From: a virus
Reading direction: 5' to 3' (one strand)
DNA length: 64,000 bases
Virus record (IMG/VR): IMGVR_UViG_3300017991_000004
Span: 67,701-131,700 of that record
Shown here: piece by piece, positions 27,790 through 37,184 of the stretch
Layout of the letters: the number at the start of each line of letters is the position of its first letter
Numbering within the stretch: the stretch's first letter is position 1
Notes under the pieces: generated by a model
What the model saw: the letters and a program-made list of their open reading frames with translations, nothing else
What the model was told of the DNA's origin: nothing
Database searches by the model: none
Position numbers and translations under genes: made by a program

Positions 27790-28956
27790 CTACTTCTTGG
27801 TCTTGGGCTTCGACTTCTTCTTGGAAGCCTTCTTGGCGGCCTTCTTGCCGTTCTTCTTGTCGTGCGCGTTGAGCGAACCCTTCAGGGAGTCCGCGACAGG
27901 CAGGTTGAGCACGGTCAGGTAAGCGGTCATCTGTCCCCTCGCGTGCGCGAGTTCGACCTTGTCGGGTGACTTCTTCTTGGTCTCGGAGAGGATTGCCTTC
28001 TCCTGGACCTTAATGAGCTTGATGACCTGGTTGGGCGTCTTCATGTCGACCTCGGCCTCCTGGGCGCCCTTCTCCTTGACCTTCTTGCCGGTGTAGATGG
28101 CCTTCTCCGCCTTGCCCACGCCCTTCGACTTCGCCTTCTTGCCCGCTTCCGTGCGCGGCTTCGACTTGCCCTTGGCCCAGCGGATGTCGCCGTCCTTGGC
28201 CTTCTTTTCGAGCAGGTGCCGGAAGGGGTTGAGGCTCAACTTCTTCATGGCGGGCACCAACTGCTCTCGGTCCTTCGGGTGAACCCGCATGAGTTCGTGG
28301 CACTTCCCGATGGTGACCTCTCCCGGTGCGTTCTCGTCGAGCGCCGACTGCACCTTCGCGGGCAGGTCGAGCAGCCCGAGGTGGTCAGCCACCCACCGCG
28401 GGGACCGCCCGAGCGCGTTCGCCAACTTCACGTTGCTCGGGGTCTTGCCCGTCGACTTCTTCAGGAGCTTGGCAGCCCTCTGCATCACCTGAGCCTCCTG
28501 GACGACGCTCATGGGCACGCGCGCCTCATTCTCGTCGAGACCCATGTGCAGCAGTTCGTCATCCGTGCCCTCGACCGTGATGTAGGGCACCGACTTGAGC
28601 TTGGCGATTCGGGCAGCGTCGAGACGCTGGCGACCGCAGACGAGCCTCGCACCCTTCTTGGTCATGTTCAGGACGATGGGCTGGATGAGCGTGCCCAACT
28701 TCTTCACCGACTCGACGAGCTCCTTGAACTTCGCGTCGGTACGCGACACCTCCGGGCGGACGAGAATCTTGGGGTCCAGGATGACCGCCCCCGGCGCGAT
28801 GAAGCGGAAGCCCGCTTCGTTGACCTTCGCGCCCTTGATTGGCTTCCCCTTCGCGTCCTTCGCGACCTTCATGCCTTTCTTGGCGGCCTTCTTCGCCTTC
28901 TTCGCCTTCGTACCCTTCTTCGCCTTCTTCCCCTTTGCTTTTGCCTTCGCGGTCAT
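27790..28956 (-). CDS. parB: ParB/Spo0J-family protein with Lys/Ala-rich tails
   Basis: LVESVKKLG.LIQPIVL...LVCGRQRL.AA...DENEARVPMS..QEA...HTH (NVKLANALGRSPRWV); AGGAGG RBS; strongly GC3-biased codons. Confidence 0.85.
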   Translation of the reverse strand: MTAKAKAKGKKAKKGTKAKKAKKAAKKGMKVAKDAKGKPIKGAKVNEAGFRFIAPGAVILDPKILVRPEVSRTDAKFKELVESVKKLGTLIQPIVLNMTKKGARLVCGRQRLDAARIAKLKSVPYITVEGTDDELLHMGLDENEARVPMSVVQEAQVMQRAAKLLKKSTGKTPSNVKLANALGRSPRWVADHLGLLDLPAKVQSALDENAPGEVTIGKCHELMRVHPKDREQLVPAMKKLSLNPFRHLLEKKAKDGDIRWAKGKSKPRTEAGKKAKSKGVGKAEKAIYTGKKVKEKGAQEAEVDMKTPNQVIKLIKVQEKAILSETKKKSPDKVELAHARGQMTAYLTVLNLPVADSLKGSLNAHDKKNGKKAAKKASKKKSKPKTKK

Positions 28957-29206
28957 GACGACCTCCTGATAAAAGAACGAAAGAAACAACTATAACTACA
29001 AGCATATTCTATATCTACAACATCTATAGACCTACCGAAATACGCGCAAACTCTCAGATTTTCCCACTTTTTCTGGCCCTGTCATATCGGAGCGCATGGG
29101 CTAGTATGCTCACCTTCTGATGGGGGTACCCTGTCAAAATCCAGGGAGTATGGGGGGAATCTCTACCCGAATTAGGCAGGCTAGCAAAGGGCTGTTTCGC
29201 TTGAAG

Positions 29207-29323
29207 TCTGCTGGTACCAGCAGACGGCCCGTATAGCGCGTATGCGCTACTATTGCGATACCCGCTAGATTCGGCAGGTAACAGCATGATAGCCCTGGAT
29301 GAACATCTGCTGGTACCAGCAGA
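29207..29323. repeat. pair of exact 18-bp palindromes upstream of parB (29207-29224, 29306-29323)
   Basis: direct reading; starts 99 bp apart. Confidence 0.95.
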
Positions 29324-29402
29324 CTGACAGAGCCTCTGCGTATAGGTATCTTCTATGGTATTTTCGCCCCGTCCCTATACGCGGGCAGCGGTAGCACAAG
29401 CC

Positions 29403-29435
29403 AAAAAGAAAGGGGCAGGGTTACCCCTGCCCCTT
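29403..29435 (-). terminator. intrinsic terminator
   Basis: AAGGGGCAGGG/CCCTGCCCCTT stem with A-run. Confidence 0.75.
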
Positions 29436-29457
29436 GCGGTGCGGTGAGAGGAAGAAC

Positions 29458-29994
29458 CTAGTCGAGGTCGGCGAGCGCCTTCTTGACCTTCTTGATTTCG
29501 GCGTCGGTCAGCTTGGTCTTTTTCTTGAAAGCCGCCGTCTTCTTGACGCCCTTCTTGACTTCCCCGATAGCCTCGATACCGGCCTTCTCCAGCTTGTTCT
29601 TGATGGACTTGGTCAGACCGAGGTTGTCGATGTGATACTCGTCCCAATCTTCCTGGGCCTCTTCTTCCTCCTCTTCTTCCTCCTCTTCTTCCTCTTCTTC
29701 CTCCTCTTCTTCCTCTTCCTCTTCCTCTTCCTCTTCTTCCTCTTCCTCTTCTTCCTCTTCTTCCTCGGGCTCCTCTTCCTCCTCCTCTTCCTCAGTCTCT
29801 TCCTCTTCCTCTTCCGGCTCCTCTTCCTCCTCGTCGTCTTCAGGGGCGCCGACGTTGATGTTCACGTCGACATCCCCCGGCACGACGACCGGCGTGAGAT
29901 TCCGGCGGCGCATCTCCTCCAGCAACTCTTCGAGAGTCAGGCTGGCGAGGTCTGCACCCTTCTTCTTGGTTCCCTTCTTGGTCTTCTTGGCCAT
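29458..29994 (-). CDS. poly-Glu protein with C-terminal RNAP alpha-CTD-like domain
   Basis: about 60-residue acidic tract, then HIDNLGLTKSIKNKLEKAGIEAIGEV; AGGAG RBS. Confidence 0.75.
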   Translation of the reverse strand: MAKKTKKGTKKKGADLASLTLEELLEEMRRRNLTPVVVPGDVDVNINVGAPEDDEEEEEPEEEEEETEEEEEEEEPEEEEEEEEEEEEEEEEEEEEEEEEEEEEEEEEEEEEAQEDWDEYHIDNLGLTKSIKNKLEKAGIEAIGEVKKGVKKTAAFKKKTKLTDAEIKKVKKALADLD

Positions 29995-30061
29995 GACTGC
30001 AACTCCTGTAAAAACAGAACATCAGAGAACGGACAAACCGGCGCCCGCGCGGATGCGCCGG

Positions 30062-30661
30062 TTACTTCTTCGACTTCTTTTTCTTTGCCGCCTTCTTTTT
30101 CTTTTTGCTAGCCTTCTCCGCGGCCTGCTCCTCCCACACCTCTTCGGATTTGGGGTTGTCAGGTTGCGCCTTCATTTTCTCGGTCCCCTGGTAGGCTTCG
30201 AGGAGAGCGTCCACCTTCTTGTCGAGTTCAGCCTCGTCAGCCTTGATAGCCTTCGACATCATAACCTTCTGTTCCTTGCTCTGTGGCAGTTTGATTGTGA
30301 ACCGAGGCGACCTGCCTGCGGAGAGAACCTTAGAGAAGTCCCGGTCCTCGAAGGCGCGAGAAAGGAAGACCTGCTTCTCCTTGTTGACCGTAGCACCGGC
30401 CAGCAGGGCTGCCATTGTTCGCACATCGAAGTGCTCCATCACCTCCTTCGGTGTCGAAGGCATCTTGATGGAAGTGGACTGCGAGAAAAGGGCGTTCCCG
30501 CCGTTGGCTCCGTCCAGGTTCACGATGCCTTCATCCTCCATGCTCTTTTGCAGAGAGGCTGACAGCGCTGCGGTTGCCTTTTCGTACTCTTTGACAACTG
30601 CTCGCCGGAGCAGTATCTTGTCGAGCAACGCGCGTAGCTTCACTTCTTTTTTGCTGCCCAT
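30062..30661 (-). CDS. hypothetical protein with Lys-rich tail
   Basis: AAGGAG RBS. Confidence 0.7.
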   Translation of the reverse strand: MGSKKEVKLRALLDKILLRRAVVKEYEKATAALSASLQKSMEDEGIVNLDGANGGNALFSQSTSIKMPSTPKEVMEHFDVRTMAALLAGATVNKEKQVFLSRAFEDRDFSKVLSAGRSPRFTIKLPQSKEQKVMMSKAIKADEAELDKKVDALLEAYQGTEKMKAQPDNPKSEEVWEEQAAEKASKKKKKAAKKKKSKK

Positions 30662-30712
30662 GTGACGTATCTCCTTAATGGGTAGGGGTTAGCGGCTTTT
30701 ATTCTATTTCCC

Positions 30713-31108
30713 TTATGCCAATTCCTCAAGCCTGACTGCGTGGTAATTTCCCTTTGTTTCCTCGACCACTTCTTCCTGCGTTTTACCCCTCACAGTGTCA
30801 AACAGTCGCTTGAAGGCTTCGGTCCATATCATCACCTTCGCGTTCGGATGCACACGCAGCATGGCGATACGGCGCATGAGGGATTCCGGCGTCTTGGATG
30901 TCTTGATTAACTGCCCAAACAATTCCTCGACACACTCCAGCACCTTGTCGGACACTGCCTTGCGCGGCCAATAGAGTTCCTTGACCTGGACATATGTTGG
31001 CGTAGCGCCTTCAGGAATAACATCCATGACGTACTCCGAAAGTATTTCGGTGCGGTTTTTTCGTTCCGCAGCGTCAATCAGCGATTCAGGCTTCTGTTCT
31101 TCAGGCAT
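30713..31108 (-). CDS. hypothetical protein
   Basis: GAGGAGG RBS. Confidence 0.65.
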   Translation of the reverse strand: MPEEQKPESLIDAAERKNRTEILSEYVMDVIPEGATPTYVQVKELYWPRKAVSDKVLECVEELFGQLIKTSKTPESLMRRIAMLRVHPNAKVMIWTEAFKRLFDTVRGKTQEEVVEETKGNYHAVRLEELA

Positions 31109-31151
31109 ACTGTCCTCCTCACTTGAGTTTGAAAAGTGCAAGCGATTGCGG

Positions 31152-31670
31152 TTAAATGTCGCCTGCGGCTTGTGCGGCTAGAATTAACGCAGCCGCATCG
31201 ACGATGTGATTGCGTTCACTGTCGGGAAGTTGCGCCCAAAGCGGAGAGGGCCACCTGCGGCGCACGGCAAGTTCCATCAACTCCTTGGATGCGTGTATGT
31301 CGCCTGTCGCAGTTTTCTTATTTCGCTCGGGGGTATAGTAGACCATCGGTTTTCCGTAAGCAGTCGCCCACCCAATGACTGTGCCGCTGACCTGACTCAA
31401 CATTTTCACCGCCCGGAAACTCTGACCGCCGTGCGGCAACTCCAAGAAGACTTTCTCCGGCTTGTGCTTCTTGTTGAACTTGGTAAGGAACTTTGCGACC
31501 TGCTCCATGAACTCTGCGTCAGCTTTCGACGCTCCTAATGCCGCTTTTGCAGTCGCGTAGTCCTTGGGGTCCGACAACAGAGCGCCGTGGTCTTGAATAC
31601 TGTTGCCGACCGCATCGTAGATAACTACACCCAGCGCCCGAAAACCAGGGTCTATGAATATGTGACTCAT
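31152..31670 (-). CDS. ruvC: RuvC-like Holliday junction resolvase
   Basis: FIDPGF..LG, FLE, K...TG...ASKE.M, H..DAA. Confidence 0.8.
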   Translation of the reverse strand: MSHIFIDPGFRALGVVIYDAVGNSIQDHGALLSDPKDYATAKAALGASKADAEFMEQVAKFLTKFNKKHKPEKVFLELPHGGQSFRAVKMLSQVSGTVIGWATAYGKPMVYYTPERNKKTATGDIHASKELMELAVRRRWPSPLWAQLPDSERNHIVDAAALILAAQAAGDI

Positions 31671-31688
31671 TTGCAGGCACCAGCAGAC

Positions 31689-32930
31689 CTACTTCTGCCA
31701 AGGGTTAACCAACTTACCTTTCACCCGATGGCGAGGTTTGCTTTCCTTCAAATTGGCCAGGGCGCGTACCATCGACTCCCGCTTCGGCAGTTTTGCTCTG
31801 CGCCGCTCAACCTCTTTCAGTGTCGCCTGTCGAACCACCAGCTTGTGCCGACAGTTGGTTAAACAGGGAGTCGCCCCGCTCCGGGGTACTGCGGGTAGTG
31901 TATCCTTGGTGAACGGTTGCCGCTCGACGATGTAGGCGCACCCTCGACAGATGCCCTTCTCGCCAGGTTTCGGACCGAACCAGTAAAACAGCAAGTTATT
32001 CGGCATCCCGCTTACCCTACCGTTCTCAAAAACAGCCTGCAACCCCTCGAGGTACATCGCCAGGCGTTCTTCTACAGTGTAGCGGCGTTGAGGCGGCCGC
32101 ACGGTTGCTTGGTCCGTAGCCAGGTCATCCTTGAACGGAACATCACCTGCTTTGACTTCCTTGAGGAAACTCTGCCAGAACTGCAACTCTTCGCGCGTAG
32201 CAGAGCGTAGCCATTCCTTCTCTTTGCGCGTGGGGTTGGCTTCAGGAACGTACAGGTCAAGCCCGCTAGCCTTTCGCCCCGCTTCCCAGATACGCGCGTA
32301 AAAGTGCTCGAAGAAGTCAGCCGAATCACGTTGGAGTTCTGCAAAAGACTTGGAGCCGTCGTGAAACTGCCGAAGCATTCTCCGTAGCTCTGTCTTTGCT
32401 TCCTTTGCCAACCGCTCGTACTGTTTCATCCCTTGAGTCTTCTGCGTACGAAGGTTTCGCTGGTAGTTCGGGCTCGACTTGAGACGCGAAAGGAAAACGC
32501 TGTCACGGGTTCCTGTGCGGGCCTGGGAGGACCCTATAGCCTTGCCTTCACGCAGCGTGCAAAGGCGCATGTCAACCAGCCAGGTATCAAAGTCCCGCAA
32601 TAGCCGGGGCAGGTTTGTGTCGTGGAGCAAGTTTGAGAACGGTTCCTCTACCGAAGAGATGCCGGCGTCGTCTTTGTGAAACCAATAGGTTCCATCGAGT
32701 TCAACAATACCTGACCGTCTGCTGGTACCAGCAGACTCTACCTGCGTCGAAGGGAAGAGTTTTAAGTATGCAATCGCCCGACCAAAATTTTTCGTCAACT
32801 TCTCTTTGAAGGCATTGAAGTGCGCGAGGCTCATTTCCGCGTATTCCCAAGTGCTAGTCGGGAAGAACACACGGGTCACCCATCGGTCGGCATCGTAGTC
32901 GTATTGAATGTTCGGGGTCCGTTTAGCCAT
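31689..32930 (-). CDS. putative head morphogenesis (Mu gpF/SPP1 gp7-like) protein
   Basis: C-terminal C..C...P.SG...CLTNCRH; next to portal. Confidence 0.55.
   Translation of the reverse strand: MAKRTPNIQYDYDADRWVTRVFFPTSTWEYAEMSLAHFNAFKEKLTKNFGRAIAYLKLFPSTQVESAGTSRRSGIVELDGTYWFHKDDAGISSVEEPFSNLLHDTNLPRLLRDFDTWLVDMRLCTLREGKAIGSSQARTGTRDSVFLSRLKSSPNYQRNLRTQKTQGMKQYERLAKEAKTELRRMLRQFHDGSKSFAELQRDSADFFEHFYARIWEAGRKASGLDLYVPEANPTRKEKEWLRSATREELQFWQSFLKEVKAGDVPFKDDLATDQATVRPPQRRYTVEERLAMYLEGLQAVFENGRVSGMPNNLLFYWFGPKPGEKGICRGCAYIVERQPFTKDTLPAVPRSGATPCLTNCRHKLVVRQATLKEVERRRAKLPKRESMVRALANLKESKPRHRVKGKLVNPWQK
32718..32735. repeat. 18-bp palindrome copy (exact), intragenic
   Basis: encodes SAGTSR inside 31689..32930. 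Confidence 0.95.
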
Positions 32931-33108
32931 CAGACATATCCTCAACCGACCAGCACGTCTTCGCTGGTCATGTAGTCACAGTATTTACAAATCCACTGCC
33001 CGTGATAAACCTCCCATTTGTGCTTCCCAGTGGGAGACTTCCGGCAGAACGAGTTCCGCTTCACCAGAATACGAGTGTCAGGTTCCTGGTAGGGCTGTTG
33101 CTCGTCGC

Positions 33109-33375
33109 TCATGACTGCCTCATTTTGTTCAAAAAAGACCTGGCGGCACGGAAATGGATGACGTTCGCAGGTTTCGGCTTGCAGCCGTTCAGAGGTTTGC
33201 CCCGTGGCGCGACTACACCTCGTTGGAATCGGCCGATGTTTCGCATGTGGATGTCGTGCCCGGCGATAAGGTTTCGCTGGAGAACATCCGCAAGGGCCTG
33301 CATTACTCGCTTGGCTTCTTTGCGAGGAATGCGGGCTTCCAGCGACAGCTCGATTATCAAGTCCTGGTACTTCAT
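33109..33375 (-). CDS. HU/IHF-like DNA-binding protein
   Basis: MKYQDLI..L......KEA.......L..G..I....IG.F......R........PA.....FRA.... Confidence 0.75.
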   Translation of the reverse strand: MKYQDLIIELSLEARIPRKEAKRVMQALADVLQRNLIAGHDIHMRNIGRFQRGVVAPRGKPLNGCKPKPANVIHFRAARSFLNKMRQS

Positions 33376-35111
33376 CCGATGCTACAGGCCATGGCGTTCA
33401 AGCGGTCTAACCGCGCCTTGGCCCGTTCCTCCTGCATTTTCCGAACCGTTGCCGCGCCCCCGCTTTTTGCATCGAAGAGGTTGTCGGGAATCTCCTTGTC
33501 TTTGCCAACCTGTACGAACTCCTTCACCCTATCCTCAGTCAGGCCGAGTTGGGGACCAGAGAAGTGCCGGCAGGCTTGCAGGGAACGCTCGACTTCGTTT
33601 AGGTTCTCGACCAGCTCCTTGTTCTCTTTTAACGCCGCTGCCATCTCTGCCGCCTGTGGCGATTCCAGGCTCTCTTCCTGCTGCTGTGCCATCAGCGAAT
33701 CTACTAAGTCAGAAGGCAACTTGCCGACGTTAATGAGAACGTAGCGAATCCAGGTAACAGGATTAAGGCGCAGGTCTTCTGCAACCCGCGCCATGCGGTC
33801 TACCAGGTCCCACCGCATCTGGAGCAATTCGTTGTATTCGATTTCCATGAAGTTGGAAATCGGCATCCCATGAACCTCGAAGCGGTTGGTTTTACGGAAC
33901 GGGTCCATGTTAACCAGCGCCAAGTGAATCATCCCGAGGCGTGTCATGGATTGCAGGAACGAGAACTGTCCGCGCTGGGCACGCTTGGCGAACCTTGGGT
34001 CCTGCTTCGCCAGCGTCATGTCAGAGCGGTAGTCCCCTCCCTCAAATCCGAAGTATCCCTTCGGAACCCCGTTCGTTCCGAGATACTTTGATAACACGAT
34101 GTCCCAGTCACGGTAGAGGTCATTGTTTGCAGACGCGGGGAAATTCTCGATAGTAGTCCCGTTGTTCGGCCCCTTCGGAATAATGAGGTCGCGGTTCTCC
34201 GTCATGGGTATCCCGCGCGATTCCAGGATACGCTGACCAGTGTTCACGTTGATTTCCTTGTAGAGGTACGACTCCCAAACTTTGATGGCCTCGAATGCCT
34301 CCTGGAGAGACATACCAGTCGAATCCATCAAAATCATGAGGCGGTCAGGTCGCCGTAGCAGACGCTGGAGAACAATCTGGTCCATCATAGACTGAAGGTC
34401 TTCCCAATCCTCCCACGACGAATCGAAGAGACCTGTGCCATACTCGGTATCCTGGTCCTTCGACAGGAGACGTTGGTGCAGGATGTCGTAGGGTGGAACG
34501 GCATCACTGTCTATCTTGGATGGCTCACCTGACCCGTCCGCGGGAGCGAAGCCTGACAGGCGATTCAGTTCGTCTTGAATCCGCGCGACTTTCCACGGTT
34601 CGTAATGCCGGAGTGCAACAATGCCCGAAGACCGTTCGGTATATTTCAACCCAAGGAAATTGTCGCCGTGCTTCAACATCGCCCGCACCTGTGCGAACGC
34701 CTTTTCCTGCGCACCTACGGAAGCGTACATATCCGTCAGGATTCTCTGCACATCTTCGTTCTCTGCAACCACCCAAAAGACTACGCCTTTGTCGTAGTTC
34801 AGAGCGGTAATGGCTTCGGCGTAGGCATTGAGGATTTCGTCGTTCAGCGGGTCGCGGTCCATCTCCTCATAAATGGCGTACTTTTCGATTCGGTTCAGGT
34901 GGGCGCGCCGCTTGATGGAATCCGCAATGGTTTGTGAAGGCCGCTGGAAGGGGTCCTTCTGCTGTTCCCTGGACGGGGGCCGTGCGCCGTAGGGGTCTCG
35001 GGGGTCGGATGTCGGCCGAGGGGGAACAGGCCCAGGCGTGACGCGGTGCAAGTTGAACAGGCTGAGAAGAGAGGGGATGGGGTTCTTCAGGTACTCCAGC
35101 AAGTTTGCCAT
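33372..35111 (-). CDS. portal protein (T4 gp20-like)
   Basis: YEEMDRDP...IL..YAE; RL.RRPDR...D; follows the terminase. Confidence 0.75.
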   Translation of the reverse strand: MANLLEYLKNPIPSLLSLFNLHRVTPGPVPPRPTSDPRDPYGARPPSREQQKDPFQRPSQTIADSIKRRAHLNRIEKYAIYEEMDRDPLNDEILNAYAEAITALNYDKGVVFWVVAENEDVQRILTDMYASVGAQEKAFAQVRAMLKHGDNFLGLKYTERSSGIVALRHYEPWKVARIQDELNRLSGFAPADGSGEPSKIDSDAVPPYDILHQRLLSKDQDTEYGTGLFDSSWEDWEDLQSMMDQIVLQRLLRRPDRLMILMDSTGMSLQEAFEAIKVWESYLYKEINVNTGQRILESRGIPMTENRDLIIPKGPNNGTTIENFPASANNDLYRDWDIVLSKYLGTNGVPKGYFGFEGGDYRSDMTLAKQDPRFAKRAQRGQFSFLQSMTRLGMIHLALVNMDPFRKTNRFEVHGMPISNFMEIEYNELLQMRWDLVDRMARVAEDLRLNPVTWIRYVLINVGKLPSDLVDSLMAQQQEESLESPQAAEMAAALKENKELVENLNEVERSLQACRHFSGPQLGLTEDRVKEFVQVGKDKEIPDNLFDAKSGGAATVRKMQEERAKARLDRLNAMACSIG

Positions 35112-35126
35112 TGGAGTCTCCTTTCG

Positions 35127-37184
35127 TTACGGCATGTCGAAGTCACGCCGGATGTTCTCGAGGTCAGGCAAATAGTCGTCATATTTAGACGAGAAACTAG
35201 CAGAGGCGTCCAAGGGGCCATCAGCAGGCGTGAGTTTGTCTATCACGCATTCGTACACTGACCCTGCCAACGCATCTGCACAGTCCTTGCTACCGGGCTG
35301 GCCATCTGACGACGTTTCAGGGTGGTCCACTTTCTCCTGCCCAGGCCCGGACTTGAACAGAAGTTCACCCAACTCCTTCTTCAGATACTCATGGTTCGGG
35401 CACGAAATCTTCCTGTCGTGCATAATCCTACTCAAGATTCTATACGGCATAATGGTCTTGTCAACGGACCTTACGCCAGCGTCGATGCCGAAAGTCTTTA
35501 ACGCTTGAATACTGCCCGCCGACTGCCAGCTGTCGTAAGTCGCTCGACGAATCCAGAAGCCGTTGTTCTTGAGCCAGATGATGAACTCCTCAATCTTGTT
35601 AAAGTCCACATCCTCACCCGAGTCGTCTGTCCTCACCCGGATGACGAAATCAACCTCGAGAAACTTGAGCACCGATTGTTCCTCAGTGCCGTGTACGTCG
35701 TCACCCTTCTGCACGATGAACTCACTGGGATGAACCATGACGATGCCCACTGAGTCCTTGTTGCGTGCAAGGTCAACATGAACATACCGAGGAGCATTGG
35801 GATGCCGGTAGGGCGTACGCCGCGACATACTCACCGCGCAGGCTAAGTCGAGGTCGAATAGTTCCGTCAGTTTTATCGGTGACCGGATGACCATCTTGAT
35901 GGTTTCAGAGCGGAAATACTTAGGTAGGTGTGTACCCGTATCGAACATCTCCTGGATGATTTTCTTCCTGGGAAAGAAGTTCACGGTAGCCGACGTAGCA
36001 ATACCGGCTACGTCTCGAATGGCTCCGATAATGTCTTCCATGAATGCTTTGTAATGCTCAACAGGCACGTCGATGATTTTACCTTCGATACGGGCTTCCT
36101 CATACTGAGACAATCCAGCCCGCACACGCACTCCTCCCGCATCCAGAAAAGTTACCTCGTCTAAAATCTGCGGGTCGTGTGTAGCATCGCCTAGCAGAAC
36201 TCGAAAAGATTCTCCGCAGTAGTTGATTTTGTCCCCCGCGAGAAACTCCCACTGAGGGCCATCCACAACATGCACACCTGGCGTTCCTTTGACTTTCATA
36301 ATTCGCTGGTCCAGATAGTCTGTCTCTGCCTTCTTTGAGGAAATGAAGATACAAATACCAGGTACATCCCTCGCTCCGATACCCGTCATGAATCTGGATT
36401 CAAGACGACGACTAACTGCGTTAGCGAGTTCATGCGCCTTGGCTGCCGTCGCCTTGCCTTTCGCCATGAAGTTGATTTCGTCGATGGCGATGGCGAACAA
36501 ATCCTTCCCGATAGCGTGCAGGGCGCTCGACCCTGTAATGACCTTTAGACTTTTTTGCGGCCACTCGATTGTGTCTGTCCCATACGGCCGACGCGGGAAT
36601 ACTTCCTTGAAGTATGGTGATTCGTCAATGAACTGGTCACGGAGCTTGTAGAAGCCGACATCTTCTGCGTGCGAGAGGGTGAGAGAGTAGACCCCGAAGA
36701 CTATCTGTGACTTCTTGGCAAGCCCAAAGAACCGGGCGGGGTCTCGCAGTTTGGAAATACGGTATATCTTGTAAGCCATCAGGAGCATGGCGACGAAACT
36801 TTTCCCATTTCCAATCGGTCCCGTCAGGATTACTTCATAAATTCCGTTCGCAGGGTCGGCACACTTGAGTAGATGGCCCCACCACGCTTTGTAAATGTCG
36901 CGTCCGATATGCCCCATGTAATCGGACTCGGAAAAGAAGATGTCCGGTTCCACAGGGACACCTTCATAGTCTACAGCGTAAAGGGCTTCGAGGAGAGAGG
37001 TATCACCCTTGTCTAGTGATTCAACCAGGTCAAGAACGAACTGACGCTCAGAGGCATTGAGACTTTGGAAAAGTTCGATGTCTCCCTTGTTGAGCGAATC
37101 AAGCACTGAACCCAGCGCGTCGTCGTCAAGAGGAATGGGAGCATCACTTTTCCACGGCTTCGACTTCGGTAACTTCTTCGTCAT
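35127..37184 (-). CDS. terL: terminase large subunit
   Basis: GPIGNGKS Walker A, AIDE Walker B, HVDLA, TYDSWQS, KVDHP...SKDCADA. Confidence 0.9.
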   Translation of the reverse strand: MTKKLPKSKPWKSDAPIPLDDDALGSVLDSLNKGDIELFQSLNASERQFVLDLVESLDKGDTSLLEALYAVDYEGVPVEPDIFFSESDYMGHIGRDIYKAWWGHLLKCADPANGIYEVILTGPIGNGKSFVAMLLMAYKIYRISKLRDPARFFGLAKKSQIVFGVYSLTLSHAEDVGFYKLRDQFIDESPYFKEVFPRRPYGTDTIEWPQKSLKVITGSSALHAIGKDLFAIAIDEINFMAKGKATAAKAHELANAVSRRLESRFMTGIGARDVPGICIFISSKKAETDYLDQRIMKVKGTPGVHVVDGPQWEFLAGDKINYCGESFRVLLGDATHDPQILDEVTFLDAGGVRVRAGLSQYEEARIEGKIIDVPVEHYKAFMEDIIGAIRDVAGIATSATVNFFPRKKIIQEMFDTGTHLPKYFRSETIKMVIRSPIKLTELFDLDLACAVSMSRRTPYRHPNAPRYVHVDLARNKDSVGIVMVHPSEFIVQKGDDVHGTEEQSVLKFLEVDFVIRVRTDDSGEDVDFNKIEEFIIWLKNNGFWIRRATYDSWQSAGSIQALKTFGIDAGVRSVDKTIMPYRILSRIMHDRKISCPNHEYLKKELGELLFKSGPGQEKVDHPETSSDGQPGSKDCADALAGSVYECVIDKLTPADGPLDASASFSSKYDDYLPDLENIRRDFDMP

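Noticed and set aside
29657-29838. (TCC/TCT/TTC)n tract as a microsatellite or assembly error
   Set aside because: Mixed GAA/GAG codons keep the frame and encode poly-Glu within a coherent ORF.
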